IMG/VR virus record: IMGVR_UViG_3300017971_000708 | Span: 1 to 25,870 of that record | Source: a virus | Taxonomy: Duplodnaviria; Caudoviricetes | DNA: 25,870 nt | Reading direction: 5' to 3' (one strand) | Part shown: positions 1-9,149 of the stretch, piece by piece | How the letters are laid out: each line of letters begins with the position of its first letter | Numbering within the stretch: position 1 is the first letter of the stretch | Translations under genes and position numbers: made by a program | The notes under the pieces: model-generated | Database searches by the model: none | What the model was told of the DNA's origin: nothing | What the model saw: the letters and a program-made list of their open reading frames with translations, nothing else

Positions 1-18
1 AATTATTGACAGGATTAT

Positions 19-1623
19 TTACGACTCGGGGTGGCCGAGAAGTTCCCAGTTGCCGGAGGGAGGTTCGGAATCGGTGTTGCCGGAAACGGCCCTCCAGAAT
101 CGGCCGGACCATACCACTATATCGGCGGCGGCATATTGCCGCCGGCTCGACCACTGATAAATTGCGCCCGGATATACCGAGCCGGCGCCGGCTTCCCCTA
201 TCAAGTGCGGCAGATTTTGATTCTCAGCATCCCGCCAGTCATACATGCATCCGTAATTGTCCTCGCAGTCATTTGACTGGAACACGGTCTTGTAATCATC
301 GGGGTAGTCTTCGTCCCCACTGTCGAGATGCCGCCAGTATATACCGTTTGGCGGCTCGACATCAAAATGGGCGCCGCCGGCGGTTGTCGAGTTGCCGCTT
401 GCTGTGCCGTAGCCGGAGCCGGCCTTGATTCTGAGTTTGTAATCGTTGTAAACATTGCCATCCGTCTCTATCCACCATTGCCGGGCTGTATTGTCGTAAG
501 CCAAAAGTTTGCCTTCATCCCAATAATCACCCGTCTCAAAGTTATCGTCTGTTACCTCAACCATCTTACCGATGTCAGAAGGCACGCAATCCACATATCC
601 GGTTGACGAAAGTTGTACACGTTCGCTTGTGACACATTTGTACCATTCGCCGCGGTGCAGGCAGTAATCATCTACGCTGTAATTGAAGGCGGCCGACCAT
701 GTATCCCACGGTTCGGACTGCTCGGTCCAGTAGTCGGTGTCGGTCGGAGCGTGGCCGGAATGGTCCTGTATGCAGGTGTAGCATCGCTGAATGTTGTCGA
801 CTGAATGATAAATAACACAATCACCCGCCTTGTAATTTGTGGTTAAGTTGTAAGCGGGTATCTCTGGCAGCCATCCAATCTCAACCTTTATCCAAGACTC
901 AGGATTAGAATAAGTGTAGGGGTACGGGGCTTCGATGCCGCCAAACATCACAAATTCAATGCGAATGTTTTTGCCGCCCGGCCGATGTTTAATAAAATAC
1001 CAGCGTGACCATTTGTCGCGGCCAAGGTCTTTTGTAAGATAAAATATGCCGTTCAGTTCGTGAATATTGCCGGCGGTGTCTTTTACATCTTTGACCGTAA
1101 GCGTGTATGTCTGTGGTGAGGCAGCCGAATCGAGTTCGCCGATACCGCCGAAACCGTTAAAACTGTTCCACGCCGGGTCGGGCGGGTCAACCTCGGCCCA
1201 GTACTCCGGGTCGGGCGGGTCTTCAAGAAAGCCGTCATATTTTATACACCGGTAATATTTGCCTTCGTAACAAACCAAAGCGTTGACAAAATATGGTTTA
1301 TAATCGAGATAGTCATCGGTTGGATACCAGGCGCCTTCCTTGCCGGGCCAGCACTGAAAGGGCTTCGGAAAACAGCGACATAACCTTTTCATGTACGCCT
1401 CTAAAAGAATATGGTTCGCATCCCAGTCGGTCCAGTTGTTTCTTGCGCGAAAAAGTCCCGGGTCGGTGATAGATGTGCCGCAATGAAAAAATATATCGCC
1501 GGCACTTATCGAAGCGGGGGGGTTGTAGTTTGGGTTGTTTCCCTTCCAGAAAGGGCTGCCCGGCTGAATAAAACAGCCTGAATCTCGAACAGGAACGCGT
1601 GCCCTCGACGGGTAGGGCGTCAT
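19..1623 (-). CDS. Putative receptor-binding/tail-tip protein with four CBM5/12-like (W/Y-x4-Y-x2-(G)D-x-V...Y-x-C) modules; possibly the C-terminal part of a 949-aa read-through product starting at 2868
   Basis: 534-aa ORF with modules YFVNALVCYEGKYYRCI, YNLTTNYKAGDCVIY..CYTCIQDH..W, WSAAFNYSVDDYCLHRGEWYKCV and WSSRRQYAAADIVVWSGRFWRAV..EPPSGNW. Last gene of the tail module. No SD before the ATG. Confidence 0.65.
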   Translation of the reverse strand: MTPYPSRARVPVRDSGCFIQPGSPFWKGNNPNYNPPASISAGDIFFHCGTSITDPGLFRARNNWTDWDANHILLEAYMKRLCRCFPKPFQCWPGKEGAWYPTDDYLDYKPYFVNALVCYEGKYYRCIKYDGFLEDPPDPEYWAEVDPPDPAWNSFNGFGGIGELDSAASPQTYTLTVKDVKDTAGNIHELNGIFYLTKDLGRDKWSRWYFIKHRPGGKNIRIEFVMFGGIEAPYPYTYSNPESWIKVEIGWLPEIPAYNLTTNYKAGDCVIYHSVDNIQRCYTCIQDHSGHAPTDTDYWTEQSEPWDTWSAAFNYSVDDYCLHRGEWYKCVTSERVQLSSTGYVDCVPSDIGKMVEVTDDNFETGDYWDEGKLLAYDNTARQWWIETDGNVYNDYKLRIKAGSGYGTASGNSTTAGGAHFDVEPPNGIYWRHLDSGDEDYPDDYKTVFQSNDCEDNYGCMYDWRDAENQNLPHLIGEAGAGSVYPGAIYQWSSRRQYAAADIVVWSGRFWRAVSGNTDSEPPSGNWELLGHPES

Positions 1624-1635
1624 GTACTGGTTGAG

Positions 1636-2868
1636 CTATACTTTTGGCGTATGAAAAGAAGGGGTTTGCAACTCCTGGTAAAGCGAAGCGGCGGTTAAAA
1701 CGCGGTAAAATCCGGAAACCATAGTGTCGGACTCCCATATTACCGAGCCGTCCGCATCATCGCGGATACTCTGTTCTTCAAATTCATTTGCCGACAAGGT
1801 AGAAGATTCTGTCGTCAAAAAAAATCTTTTTGAAGGTGTAAAACGAATTGCAATTTTATCTTTCGGCCATCTCGAAGCGGTCAGAGTCTTGGTCCATTTA
1901 TTTTTAAAGTCCGTGTCGCTCTTGCAAATATAAACAGTGTTTTGGTACGGAATATCGTATATAACAATGTAATATAAATTGCCCTCATCGTCAAATTTCA
2001 TAAAAGAAACAAATTCATAAACAAAATCCGGTTCGTAACCGGACTCTAATTTGCGGTTCAGGTTACCGTTTTTGTCAAAAACATAAATAATCCAACGCCT
2101 GCTGTCTTGGTCGGTGACGGCGATCCTTGTCGAGAAAAATATTTCGTCAGCCGGTGATACCGCCACCGCCCGGCCGTTGTGCTCATCGTTGCCCGAATCC
2201 CAACCCCATAAAAAATTTCCATTTGTGTCATATTTTTGCAGCACCCCCCTCGATAATCCTCTGCCGTACTGCGCCTCTCTCTCACAGGTTACATAAATAT
2301 TATTGTCCGAATCAACGTCAACCCGGTGACATTTGCCTAACGGCGAACCGGACGACCATATAACAGCGCCGGTGATGTGGTCAACTTTCCAAATATATTT
2401 TTCGCTGCCCTGGCCGGGATCTTCGTAATAGCCCACAACAATAATATCACCGGACCTGTCAAAGCACATGTCCTCCAATGTCACGTCCTGATTTGCTGCG
2501 CCGACTCGCGATGTCCAAACCTGCTGCCAGTAATCGGCGGCCAGGTCGATGATATTTAATTTAACTATGTTGTCGCCGCCGGAGTCGGCTCTCATTCCGA
2601 GCACATACAAATAATTGGTGCCGTCAGCGATGATATTTGAAATTTTGTGGCCGTAACTAATTGCCGGGTCAAAGGGCGGCTCTTCTATTGTCGAGAAAAA
2701 AAGCAATCCGCCATTGCCCATAAAACACTGAACCGTATCACAATTGTAATCATCCTGTGTGCCGTACATCCTGCCTCGACCATAAATCCGCCCGGTACTA
2801 ATCAGTATTTTGTCGTTTTTCAGCGTACAGAGGCTGTCGCTTTCACCGTGTACGGTCGCCGCCGGCAT
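1636..2868 (-). CDS. Beta-propeller repeat protein (SBBP/NHL/PQQ-like), tail-tip associated
   Basis: 410 aa with repeated blades such as DRSGDIIVVGY, VDVDSDNNIYVT, LQKYDTNGNFLW, FDDEGNLYYI. Start coupled by TAATG overlap at 2868. Ends in TAG in frame with the next ORF. Confidence 0.7.
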   Translation of the reverse strand: MPAATVHGESDSLCTLKNDKILISTGRIYGRGRMYGTQDDYNCDTVQCFMGNGGLLFFSTIEEPPFDPAISYGHKISNIIADGTNYLYVLGMRADSGGDNIVKLNIIDLAADYWQQVWTSRVGAANQDVTLEDMCFDRSGDIIVVGYYEDPGQGSEKYIWKVDHITGAVIWSSGSPLGKCHRVDVDSDNNIYVTCEREAQYGRGLSRGVLQKYDTNGNFLWGWDSGNDEHNGRAVAVSPADEIFFSTRIAVTDQDSRRWIIYVFDKNGNLNRKLESGYEPDFVYEFVSFMKFDDEGNLYYIVIYDIPYQNTVYICKSDTDFKNKWTKTLTASRWPKDKIAIRFTPSKRFFLTTESSTLSANEFEEQSIRDDADGSVIWESDTMVSGFYRVLTAASLYQELQTPSFHTPKV

Positions 2869-3296
2869 TATTCATTCTCCCCGATATATACTTCGGCGCC
2901 CTGAAAATTTTGTACGAAATACCACCTGGATTCAGGTGTGCCGTTATTATTATATTTGGATTGATAAACAGGATAGATGTCGCCGATTTGTATTTTTGGC
3001 GAGGCCCTGTCCAGACGAACCCCGTTTGAAATCCTGGCGTATATGTCGAGCTCAAAAAAAACACCATCAGTAACCGCAACGCCGGTCGATTCATTTAATA
3101 AAGACCCTTTTACGTGGTCGGCGGCCGGCGCCACCTCGGCAATTTGGGCCTGCCTGATTTTAGTGCCCCCGCCCGCGGTGTTGCCTCCCCGCCTGCGAAG
3201 GCGGTTGCGGAGCCAGGGAAAACCCGCCCGCCATTCGCGAAGCAGTTTCTGAATACCTTCAAAATCCCGCCTATTTAAGAAAAATCTGTCGTCCAT
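2868..3296 (-). CDS. Hypothetical tail-module protein
   Basis: 142-aa ORF abutting both neighbours (TAA-ATG and TAATG). Confidence 0.7.
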   Translation of the reverse strand: MDDRFFLNRRDFEGIQKLLREWRAGFPWLRNRLRRRGGNTAGGGTKIRQAQIAEVAPAADHVKGSLLNESTGVAVTDGVFFELDIYARISNGVRLDRASPKIQIGDIYPVYQSKYNNNGTPESRWYFVQNFQGAEVYIGENE

Positions 3297-4559
3297 TTAA
3301 CCTTCCGTCGCTGTCAGCGTTACCGCATTGTCGGAATCAACTTTATTGGTAAGCGTTACAATTGACGGGTCGTAAATCAGCTTGCCGCCCGAGTCGAGCT
3401 TCAAAGTTGTTACCGTTCGGCCGCCGGCCGACTTTGAAAAATCGACCGACCCGCCAGTTATATTCAGCGTGGTAATTGTGCCGGTCGAGTTGAGTGTGCA
3501 GGTTGCGCCCTTCGCGTTGAGCGTTGTAATCGCGCCGCTGCCGGCGGTTTCGAGTGTGCCCGCCTCGCTGGTGGCGGTCGTCAAGCCGCATTGCAGCACC
3601 ACACCGCCGCCCGTCTGTGACAGCGTTGTCATCGTTACGCCGGACCCAATAAATATATCCGCGTCAGAAGTCGGCCTGCTGGTATAACTTGAGGTTAGAG
3701 TGCCGATGGTAGTCGTCTCGCCGTCTTCGTAGGCTATGCCTACGGAACCCTTGAGCACGCGGATATTAGTCGAGCCGGAGTTGGCCTTGATTCGGCAGGC
3801 CGGCTGCGTGGAATTGGTGCCGGTGTTATAAACTGCAATAGTCGATGCGGTCGAGCCGGTGTCGATATTTATCGGTGCAGATTCCGAGGGTGTGCCGGGA
3901 CCGTAGAAGGCGCCGATATTGACGGCGGTCACCTTGATTTGCAGATATGTTGGCAAATAGCCGGCCGCAGGATTGGAACCAATTTGTGATTGTTGGATAT
4001 TGAGCGAGTCGAGTGTGTTTGATATTCCGGACTGGTCAAGTCCGTACAGGATTGTAGCTCCGTTGATATAAACATCCTGGCTTGCGGCGCCGCCGGGTAG
4101 GGCGCCGCCCGACCAGTTGTCGGTGCTGCTCCAGTCCTGCGGCCCGGCGTTGGCTGTAATTGTCGTTTTTGACAGCGTTTGCGTGTCGTTTCCTCCGCCG
4201 TCTGTGGTCGAGGCGGTAATTGAAAAGGCATTGCCCGCCGTATCGGCGGTCATTACAATATGATAGTTCGGGTCGGCTGTAACAGGGGTGCAATTGGAAT
4301 TTGTCGAGGCGTTCCATGCGGCAGCCAGGCCGTCTTCCACGTTGTCGGCGGTCGCGGCCGTGGCGGTAAAGCTGATTGCCTTTGTAACACCGTCCAGTCC
4401 GGTTACGGTCAGCGTAAATATATCGCCCACCTCCACCGTTCCGGCATCGTATCTTTCTACCTGCGCCACGGCGGTCGCGTTGCCAAGCCAGCGGACGGTG
4501 GCAGCTGGTGAGGCGGCCGCCAAAATTAAAAACAAACCAATTAATAATATTTTTCGCAT
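3297..4559 (-). CDS. Thr/Gly/Ser-rich virion-module protein with beta-solenoid-like C-terminus and an N-terminal signal peptide
   Basis: 420 aa with a strong AAGGAG SD. N-terminus MRKILLIGLFLILAAASPA. C-terminal repeats TITTLNITGG/AITTLNAKGA/TVTTLKLDSG. Confidence 0.7.
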   Translation of the reverse strand: MRKILLIGLFLILAAASPAATVRWLGNATAVAQVERYDAGTVEVGDIFTLTVTGLDGVTKAISFTATAATADNVEDGLAAAWNASTNSNCTPVTADPNYHIVMTADTAGNAFSITASTTDGGGNDTQTLSKTTITANAGPQDWSSTDNWSGGALPGGAASQDVYINGATILYGLDQSGISNTLDSLNIQQSQIGSNPAAGYLPTYLQIKVTAVNIGAFYGPGTPSESAPINIDTGSTASTIAVYNTGTNSTQPACRIKANSGSTNIRVLKGSVGIAYEDGETTTIGTLTSSYTSRPTSDADIFIGSGVTMTTLSQTGGGVVLQCGLTTATSEAGTLETAGSGAITTLNAKGATCTLNSTGTITTLNITGGSVDFSKSAGGRTVTTLKLDSGGKLIYDPSIVTLTNKVDSDNAVTLTATEG

Positions 4560-4578
4560 TTTTTTTATACTCCTTTTT

Positions 4579-5580
4579 TTATGCCAGCATCAAATCACTA
4601 AACGGTAATTTTTTATTTACATCAAATGTCAGAAAAACTCCCTTAAACCTGTTAAACTGGCCTGGTGTCCCGTCGGCGTCAATGCCGTCGCCGTCTTCTG
4701 TGGGCTCTTTAAGTTGTTCGCCCTTGCCGTCCAAAAGCTGCGGCTCACGGACGGGGTTGCCCTCGGCGTCCAGAATCGGCTCATACTCACCCGTCCATTC
4801 GCCGTCTTCTTTTTTTAATGTACGAAATCCCTGGTCAAGGATTCTTTTTTTCCAGCCAAGGCCCAATACCTCCCATGTACCCGGCTCGGTTTCTTCTATT
4901 TCGCCGAGTCGAAACTGAAATTCATAATGCACCTCGTGATAATACAATGTCGCCGCCCGTTTAGGGATTCCTTTAAGTAGTGTACACTTAACTACGCCGG
5001 GGGGGTATTGAACGGTAGTACCCGAATAATCGGCGGGGCAGACAAAATTGTCATTGTTTATTGCGCCCGTGTATTTGACCGCATTTATCGGGTTAAATAA
5101 TTCCTCGTTCCTTTTGAGTCTAAGCACCAAATCGTACACTTCTTTTGTGATGGGCGGGTCAAACGATTCGTTAGCCGAGTTGGTAATCGCCTTGCCGGTC
5201 GCCTCGCGGTCAACCAGTTCGTTCGTTATGTTGTGCAACCATTCAATCTCCATCGGCTGCTCAAGCGGGTTACCCACCGATACGTAATTGACAGCAACTT
5301 TATAATGAAAAGGCCCGGTGCCCTGGCTCGATGTAATTGAAGTTACAAACAGCCACGGATCGGCCGGGTGCTGCTCCCAGTACTGAGGAATCTTTTCGCC
5401 GGAAAAGGGGTCAACCGCCGTCTTGGCGAGTACCCTTCTTTCGGCCGCCGTCTCGCCTTGCGAAAATAATACATCAAACACCCTTGCATCGTCTTTGCTC
5501 GCCCGAAGCGTAATCAAATCGAGCCGCGTGCTCGACGGTCCCGAACTTCTGTAATCTTCTTTAACCGAAATAACCGACAT
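4579..5580 (-). CDS. Putative distal tail/hub-type protein
   Basis: 333 aa directly downstream of the tape measure, with an AAGGA SD. Function assigned by position only. Confidence 0.5.
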   Translation of the reverse strand: MSVISVKEDYRSSGPSSTRLDLITLRASKDDARVFDVLFSQGETAAERRVLAKTAVDPFSGEKIPQYWEQHPADPWLFVTSITSSQGTGPFHYKVAVNYVSVGNPLEQPMEIEWLHNITNELVDREATGKAITNSANESFDPPITKEVYDLVLRLKRNEELFNPINAVKYTGAINNDNFVCPADYSGTTVQYPPGVVKCTLLKGIPKRAATLYYHEVHYEFQFRLGEIEETEPGTWEVLGLGWKKRILDQGFRTLKKEDGEWTGEYEPILDAEGNPVREPQLLDGKGEQLKEPTEDGDGIDADGTPGQFNRFKGVFLTFDVNKKLPFSDLMLA

Positions 5581-5588
5581 AACTGTCC

Positions 5589-6875
5589 TTAATAATCAAA
5601 GTTGGCCGCCTGCATCACGGTCGCAGGCTGCGGCATACCCGCCGGCGCCAGTGCCTGGGCGATTTGTGCGAGCAGATCCTGTGATTTTTTCTGTACCGCA
5701 AGCTGCTGCCGCGCCACACGAACAGCTGGGTCCTCTCCCGCCGCCTGGCCGGGCGCAAAGGTCAAAAGCCTGCCGGTAACCGGCGAAAGTGAACCCCGCA
5801 CCGCCGCCGCAATTGCCTGGGGCGGTGTTGGTGCACCCGCCCCCGCAACGCCTACACCGCCTATACCTGCTGCGCCCATACCCCTCAGTTCAGCATGAAA
5901 TTTTCGATCTCTTTGGGCAATTAGCTGCGTCAAATGATTCTGCAGCAACTTGGTGTCGGGAAGCTCATCTCCTACCCATTTTCCAGTTATCACTTTTTTT
6001 GCAAGATTGCCTATCGCTATTGGCGGCAAAAATTTCAAAACCTTCCATATTTTTTCGGCCGCCTGCGTCGCCGACAACGTCATAGCCGTCATTGCCGTAT
6101 CCCAGGCAAGGTCCATGTTGCGGATGTCGAAGGCTACGCTCTGCATAGTAATTGCAAAATCCTGTGCCCAACTTTTCAGTTTGTCGGCATCGTTCTGAAC
6201 AGACGGTAAAAAGGCTGACCCGAGAATCTCTTTTATATCGCCGATTGTGTTACGAAGCTGAATCATAGGCCCCAAACCTCGCCGGGCCGCCTCGGCCTCC
6301 AGTCGGAAACCTTCAATTCCTTTTCGGCGGACGATGTTTAACTGCTCCTGTGCATCGGTCGTCTTTCTTAATTCCGGTATATAACGGCGAAGCATGGTAA
6401 ATTCGCCCTGGTAAGCCAGTGCCATATATTTCATCGCCTCGGTTATGCCGAGCCTGCCGGCCATTATCGACCGAAGCCCGATAGCTCCCTTTGTAGCCTC
6501 CTCTATCTTGTCGGTCGTCAGGCCAAGATTAAGGCCGAGTTGTAAGAGTTGTTCGACCTCCTCATCGCCGAGTCTTGTTTGCCTTTGAATTTCAGCCGAA
6601 AATCTCGTGAGCCTTGGAAAAACAACCTGATACTTCGCACCGATATTTTTCAACGACTGAATTAAGAGTGCGTTTGCCTCCTCCTGTTGGGCCGCCAGTT
6701 CAATCGATGATTTCATCAGACCAAAAATCGCCCTGCCCCCGAAATATACGCCGAGTCCGTAGGCCAGATTGCGAAGGTTCTTACCGAGAGCATTGGCAGT
6801 GCGGCCGATGAGGCCGAGTTTTTTGCTTGCCTGGTCGCGTGCCTTTATCGCAATTTCTACGTTATGCCGAGCCAT
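5589..6875 (-). CDS. Tail tape measure protein (short, 428 aa)
   Basis: Typical N-terminus (VEIAIKARDQAS), helical Ala/Leu/Gln-rich body with SAEIQRQTRLGDE, and position right after the G/GT chaperones. Confidence 0.8.
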   Translation of the reverse strand: MARHNVEIAIKARDQASKKLGLIGRTANALGKNLRNLAYGLGVYFGGRAIFGLMKSSIELAAQQEEANALLIQSLKNIGAKYQVVFPRLTRFSAEIQRQTRLGDEEVEQLLQLGLNLGLTTDKIEEATKGAIGLRSIMAGRLGITEAMKYMALAYQGEFTMLRRYIPELRKTTDAQEQLNIVRRKGIEGFRLEAEAARRGLGPMIQLRNTIGDIKEILGSAFLPSVQNDADKLKSWAQDFAITMQSVAFDIRNMDLAWDTAMTAMTLSATQAAEKIWKVLKFLPPIAIGNLAKKVITGKWVGDELPDTKLLQNHLTQLIAQRDRKFHAELRGMGAAGIGGVGVAGAGAPTPPQAIAAAVRGSLSPVTGRLLTFAPGQAAGEDPAVRVARQQLAVQKKSQDLLAQIAQALAPAGMPQPATVMQAANFDY

Positions 6876-7230
6876 CTAAAAAATACCGAATTTCTTTTTC
6901 CAAAAAGCCTTTTCATTCATCACAAAATAATAAACGCATAAAAACCACTGCGTCTGGTCGAGTTGACCGCCGGCAACAACCGGCATACCTTTTTCAAATA
7001 ATTCCGCGTGCATAATCGCCTGACCAACATCCGGCGTAATCAAATTTAAGGGGCATTGTGTTATTTTTATTTTGCCGTTTTCACACAAATCACACCTTGA
7101 ACCGCACGAACAATCCATCTCTATCGGTTCTAATTTTGTTGGTTTGTCCCGGCACCTGTCGGGTCCGGGGCAATTTTGACAGATTGCGCCGTATCTGATT
7201 CCGATAGCGATTCGGAAGGCGTTTTTTTTT
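6876..7230 (-). CDS. Tail assembly chaperone GT, frameshifted (T) portion
   Basis: The -1 frame is open from the A9 run (7230-7222): NAFRIAIGIRYGAICQNCPGPDRCRDKPTKLEPIE, joining the 80-aa ORF 7118-6876 (MDCSCGSRCDLC...PVVAGGQLDQTQWF). Confidence 0.8.
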
Positions 7231-7558
7231 CCAGACTCGGCAGGCTTGACGCCTTCAACGCGACCAATAATTGTGTCGCCTCTATAAATGTCAGCACATC
7301 TTCAAGTTCGTTCGGGTTAAATTTTCTGCCCATGTTTTCCCAGCCGACAAGCCCTGTACGGCAGCCGTCGAATATCAGCGTAATCAAATCTTCGTTTGTT
7401 TTGCACTCATCCATCTTATCGAGTGAGTTGCAGACGGCCAACCACTGCCGGGCCGTCAGATTTCGGTATATAAATCGTGGCTGTTCGGCGATTGGCTTGT
7501 CGACGTCGCCGGGTAAAATAAGCGGAAATGTCGCTTCCGGGTCAATCGCTATCGGCAT
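7130..7558 (-). CDS. Tail assembly chaperone G
   Basis: 142 aa between tail tube and tape measure, with a GLVGWEN motif. Low-complexity tail after EKK, typical of G proteins. Confidence 0.8.
   Translation of the reverse strand: MPIAIDPEATFPLILPGDVDKPIAEQPRFIYRNLTARQWLAVCNSLDKMDECKTNEDLITLIFDGCRTGLVGWENMGRKFNPNELEDVLTFIEATQLLVALKASSLPSLEKKTPSESLSESDTAQSVKIAPDPTGAGTNQQN
7221..7232 (-). other. Programmed -1 ribosomal frameshift site (GGAAAAAAAAAC)
   Basis: CTG GAA AAA AAA ACG contains an A AAA AAA heptamer. A -1 slip enters the open T frame, as for lambda gpG/gpGT. Confidence 0.8.
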
Positions 7559-7727
7559 CGTGGGCCCCTTTCTGTTTTTCGGCGTACCTTTTTTGAACGT
7601 CTGGGCCGAGGCGGTTCCACAAATTTAATATCGCCGCATCGGAGGCATTGTCCATGCCGCCATGATTGGCACAAACCATTTGTTTGATTTTCGGGTCCAG
7701 TAAATTTTTGCTTTTCTTTTTTGCCAT
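7542..7727 (-). CDS. Small hypothetical protein (61 aa, MAKKKSKNLLDPK...)
   Basis: ATG at 7727 with AGGTG upstream. Fills the gap between tube and G. The longer 7838 start overlaps the tube gene. Confidence 0.6.
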   Translation of the reverse strand: MAKKKSKNLLDPKIKQMVCANHGGMDNASDAAILNLWNRLGPDVQKRYAEKQKGAHDADSD

Positions 7728-7738
7728 TTTTGCACCTG

Positions 7739-8647
7739 TCATGTAACTGCTATCTGTACTGCATCGTCGCCCGAAGAATGATTGCACTGGCCGACATATT
7801 GGATGGTGCTCAACCCTTCGCGTTCGCCTTCGGGACACTCGGTGAGTTGTACCTTTGGCAGCGTTACCGTAACAGTGTCGGTCCCATCGCTGAACGTGGC
7901 GACAATCGCGTGCTCGGTACGGCCCTGCCGAATCCCGTCAAAGTCGTAGCTTGCAACAAGTTCGTCCTCCGGGTCGATGGTTATTTGCGGACTGTTGTCG
8001 GTTATGATGTACTGCAAGGTCTCATCCTGCGTGGCGTTAGGGTCGCTTCGCGGAACTACTTCGCTTTGCATGTCAAGGCTCAGCGAGTGAATCTTTTTAG
8101 CAACCGAATTAATAGTAAAGGCCGTCATCCGCATCGGCGGGCGGTCCTCCGGGCTGAACGCTGGCAGGGCCTCGTCCGTAACCGATGAGAATATACCTTG
8201 TAACTCAAAATCCAGCATTGCACCCTCCGGACGGCCCCGCTCCCAATTTAGCACCAGATTGCACATAGCGCCGAACAGGCTCTTTTTCTTGCCGTCCAGC
8301 CAGGCATCGAAACTTAACGCCTTCCAATTCGCCGCGTTGCTCGATACCTGATAAGTCTCGGAAGATTTGACCAGCCAGCCGGCCTGTAAAAATATCAGCG
8401 CCGCCAGGCCCATACCGCTGGAACCCGTCCCGATGAGCGGTATCCTGCCCGAAGCCCGTCCGGTCTCTGCGCCGTGAACGCCGGTAACAGTATTGCCCGT
8501 ATAAAGACCTGTCCCGGCCCGCCTTAGATATTCGGCGGTGGATACCGGCCCGTCCATGTCGTAAATATTGACCGCCTGGGTGCCGGCCACCTTTGTACCC
8601 ATCGTATTTTCAAGGGCCACCTTTGCGACTCTTTTGCGTGTAAGCAT
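7739..8647 (-). CDS. Major tail (tube) protein
   Basis: 302 aa with a strong AAGGAG SD. Beta-rich, positioned between tail terminator and chaperones, C-terminal VTVTLPKVQL...GEREG...GDDAVQIAVT. Confidence 0.8.
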   Translation of the reverse strand: MLTRKRVAKVALENTMGTKVAGTQAVNIYDMDGPVSTAEYLRRAGTGLYTGNTVTGVHGAETGRASGRIPLIGTGSSGMGLAALIFLQAGWLVKSSETYQVSSNAANWKALSFDAWLDGKKKSLFGAMCNLVLNWERGRPEGAMLDFELQGIFSSVTDEALPAFSPEDRPPMRMTAFTINSVAKKIHSLSLDMQSEVVPRSDPNATQDETLQYIITDNSPQITIDPEDELVASYDFDGIRQGRTEHAIVATFSDGTDTVTVTLPKVQLTECPEGEREGLSTIQYVGQCNHSSGDDAVQIAVT

Positions 8648-8669
8648 TTTTTATACTCCTTTTTAATTT

Positions 8670-9149
8670 TTAACCATTTGTGTAAGGATCTTTTTCCATT
8701 ATCGAGTAATGGACGGCAACATCGATGAGTATCCCCGTCAGTTCGAGTTCGTCGCTTTCAAACGGAACCGCATCGCCTACCTCGGTGAACAAGGCGTAAC
8801 CGCCGCGTGTGGTATCGACCTGCAGCGCCTTTTCGATATCGGCGGCAACGCGGTTTTGGTGGGTGTCGATGGTGGTTGACGAGTCGATCGAGTCGATGCA
8901 AATCGCCGAAAGCGCAAAGTTGAGTACCCGCCGTACTCTAAGTTGGGCCGCCGCGGACGGCCCGGAATCCATCTGGCGGATTATCACATCGTGATTGTTC
9001 CATTTAACATTTTCATAATCAACGCGAAGCGGACGGAGCGGCTTAAGCGTGTAGTGATACGCGTTGCCCTCGACAACTTCGCCGGCGTTGACCGACTCGA
9101 TTGCTGCCTTGATATTCTGTGCAATCAGTTCTGCTATCGGCTCTGCCAT
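8670..9149 (-). CDS. Tail terminator (gpU-like)
   Basis: 159 aa, between gpZ and tube. VAADIEKALQVDTTRGGYA and terminal VHY...DPY resemble tail terminators. Confidence 0.7.
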   Translation of the reverse strand: MAEPIAELIAQNIKAAIESVNAGEVVEGNAYHYTLKPLRPLRVDYENVKWNNHDVIIRQMDSGPSAAAQLRVRRVLNFALSAICIDSIDSSTTIDTHQNRVAADIEKALQVDTTRGGYALFTEVGDAVPFESDELELTGILIDVAVHYSIMEKDPYTNG

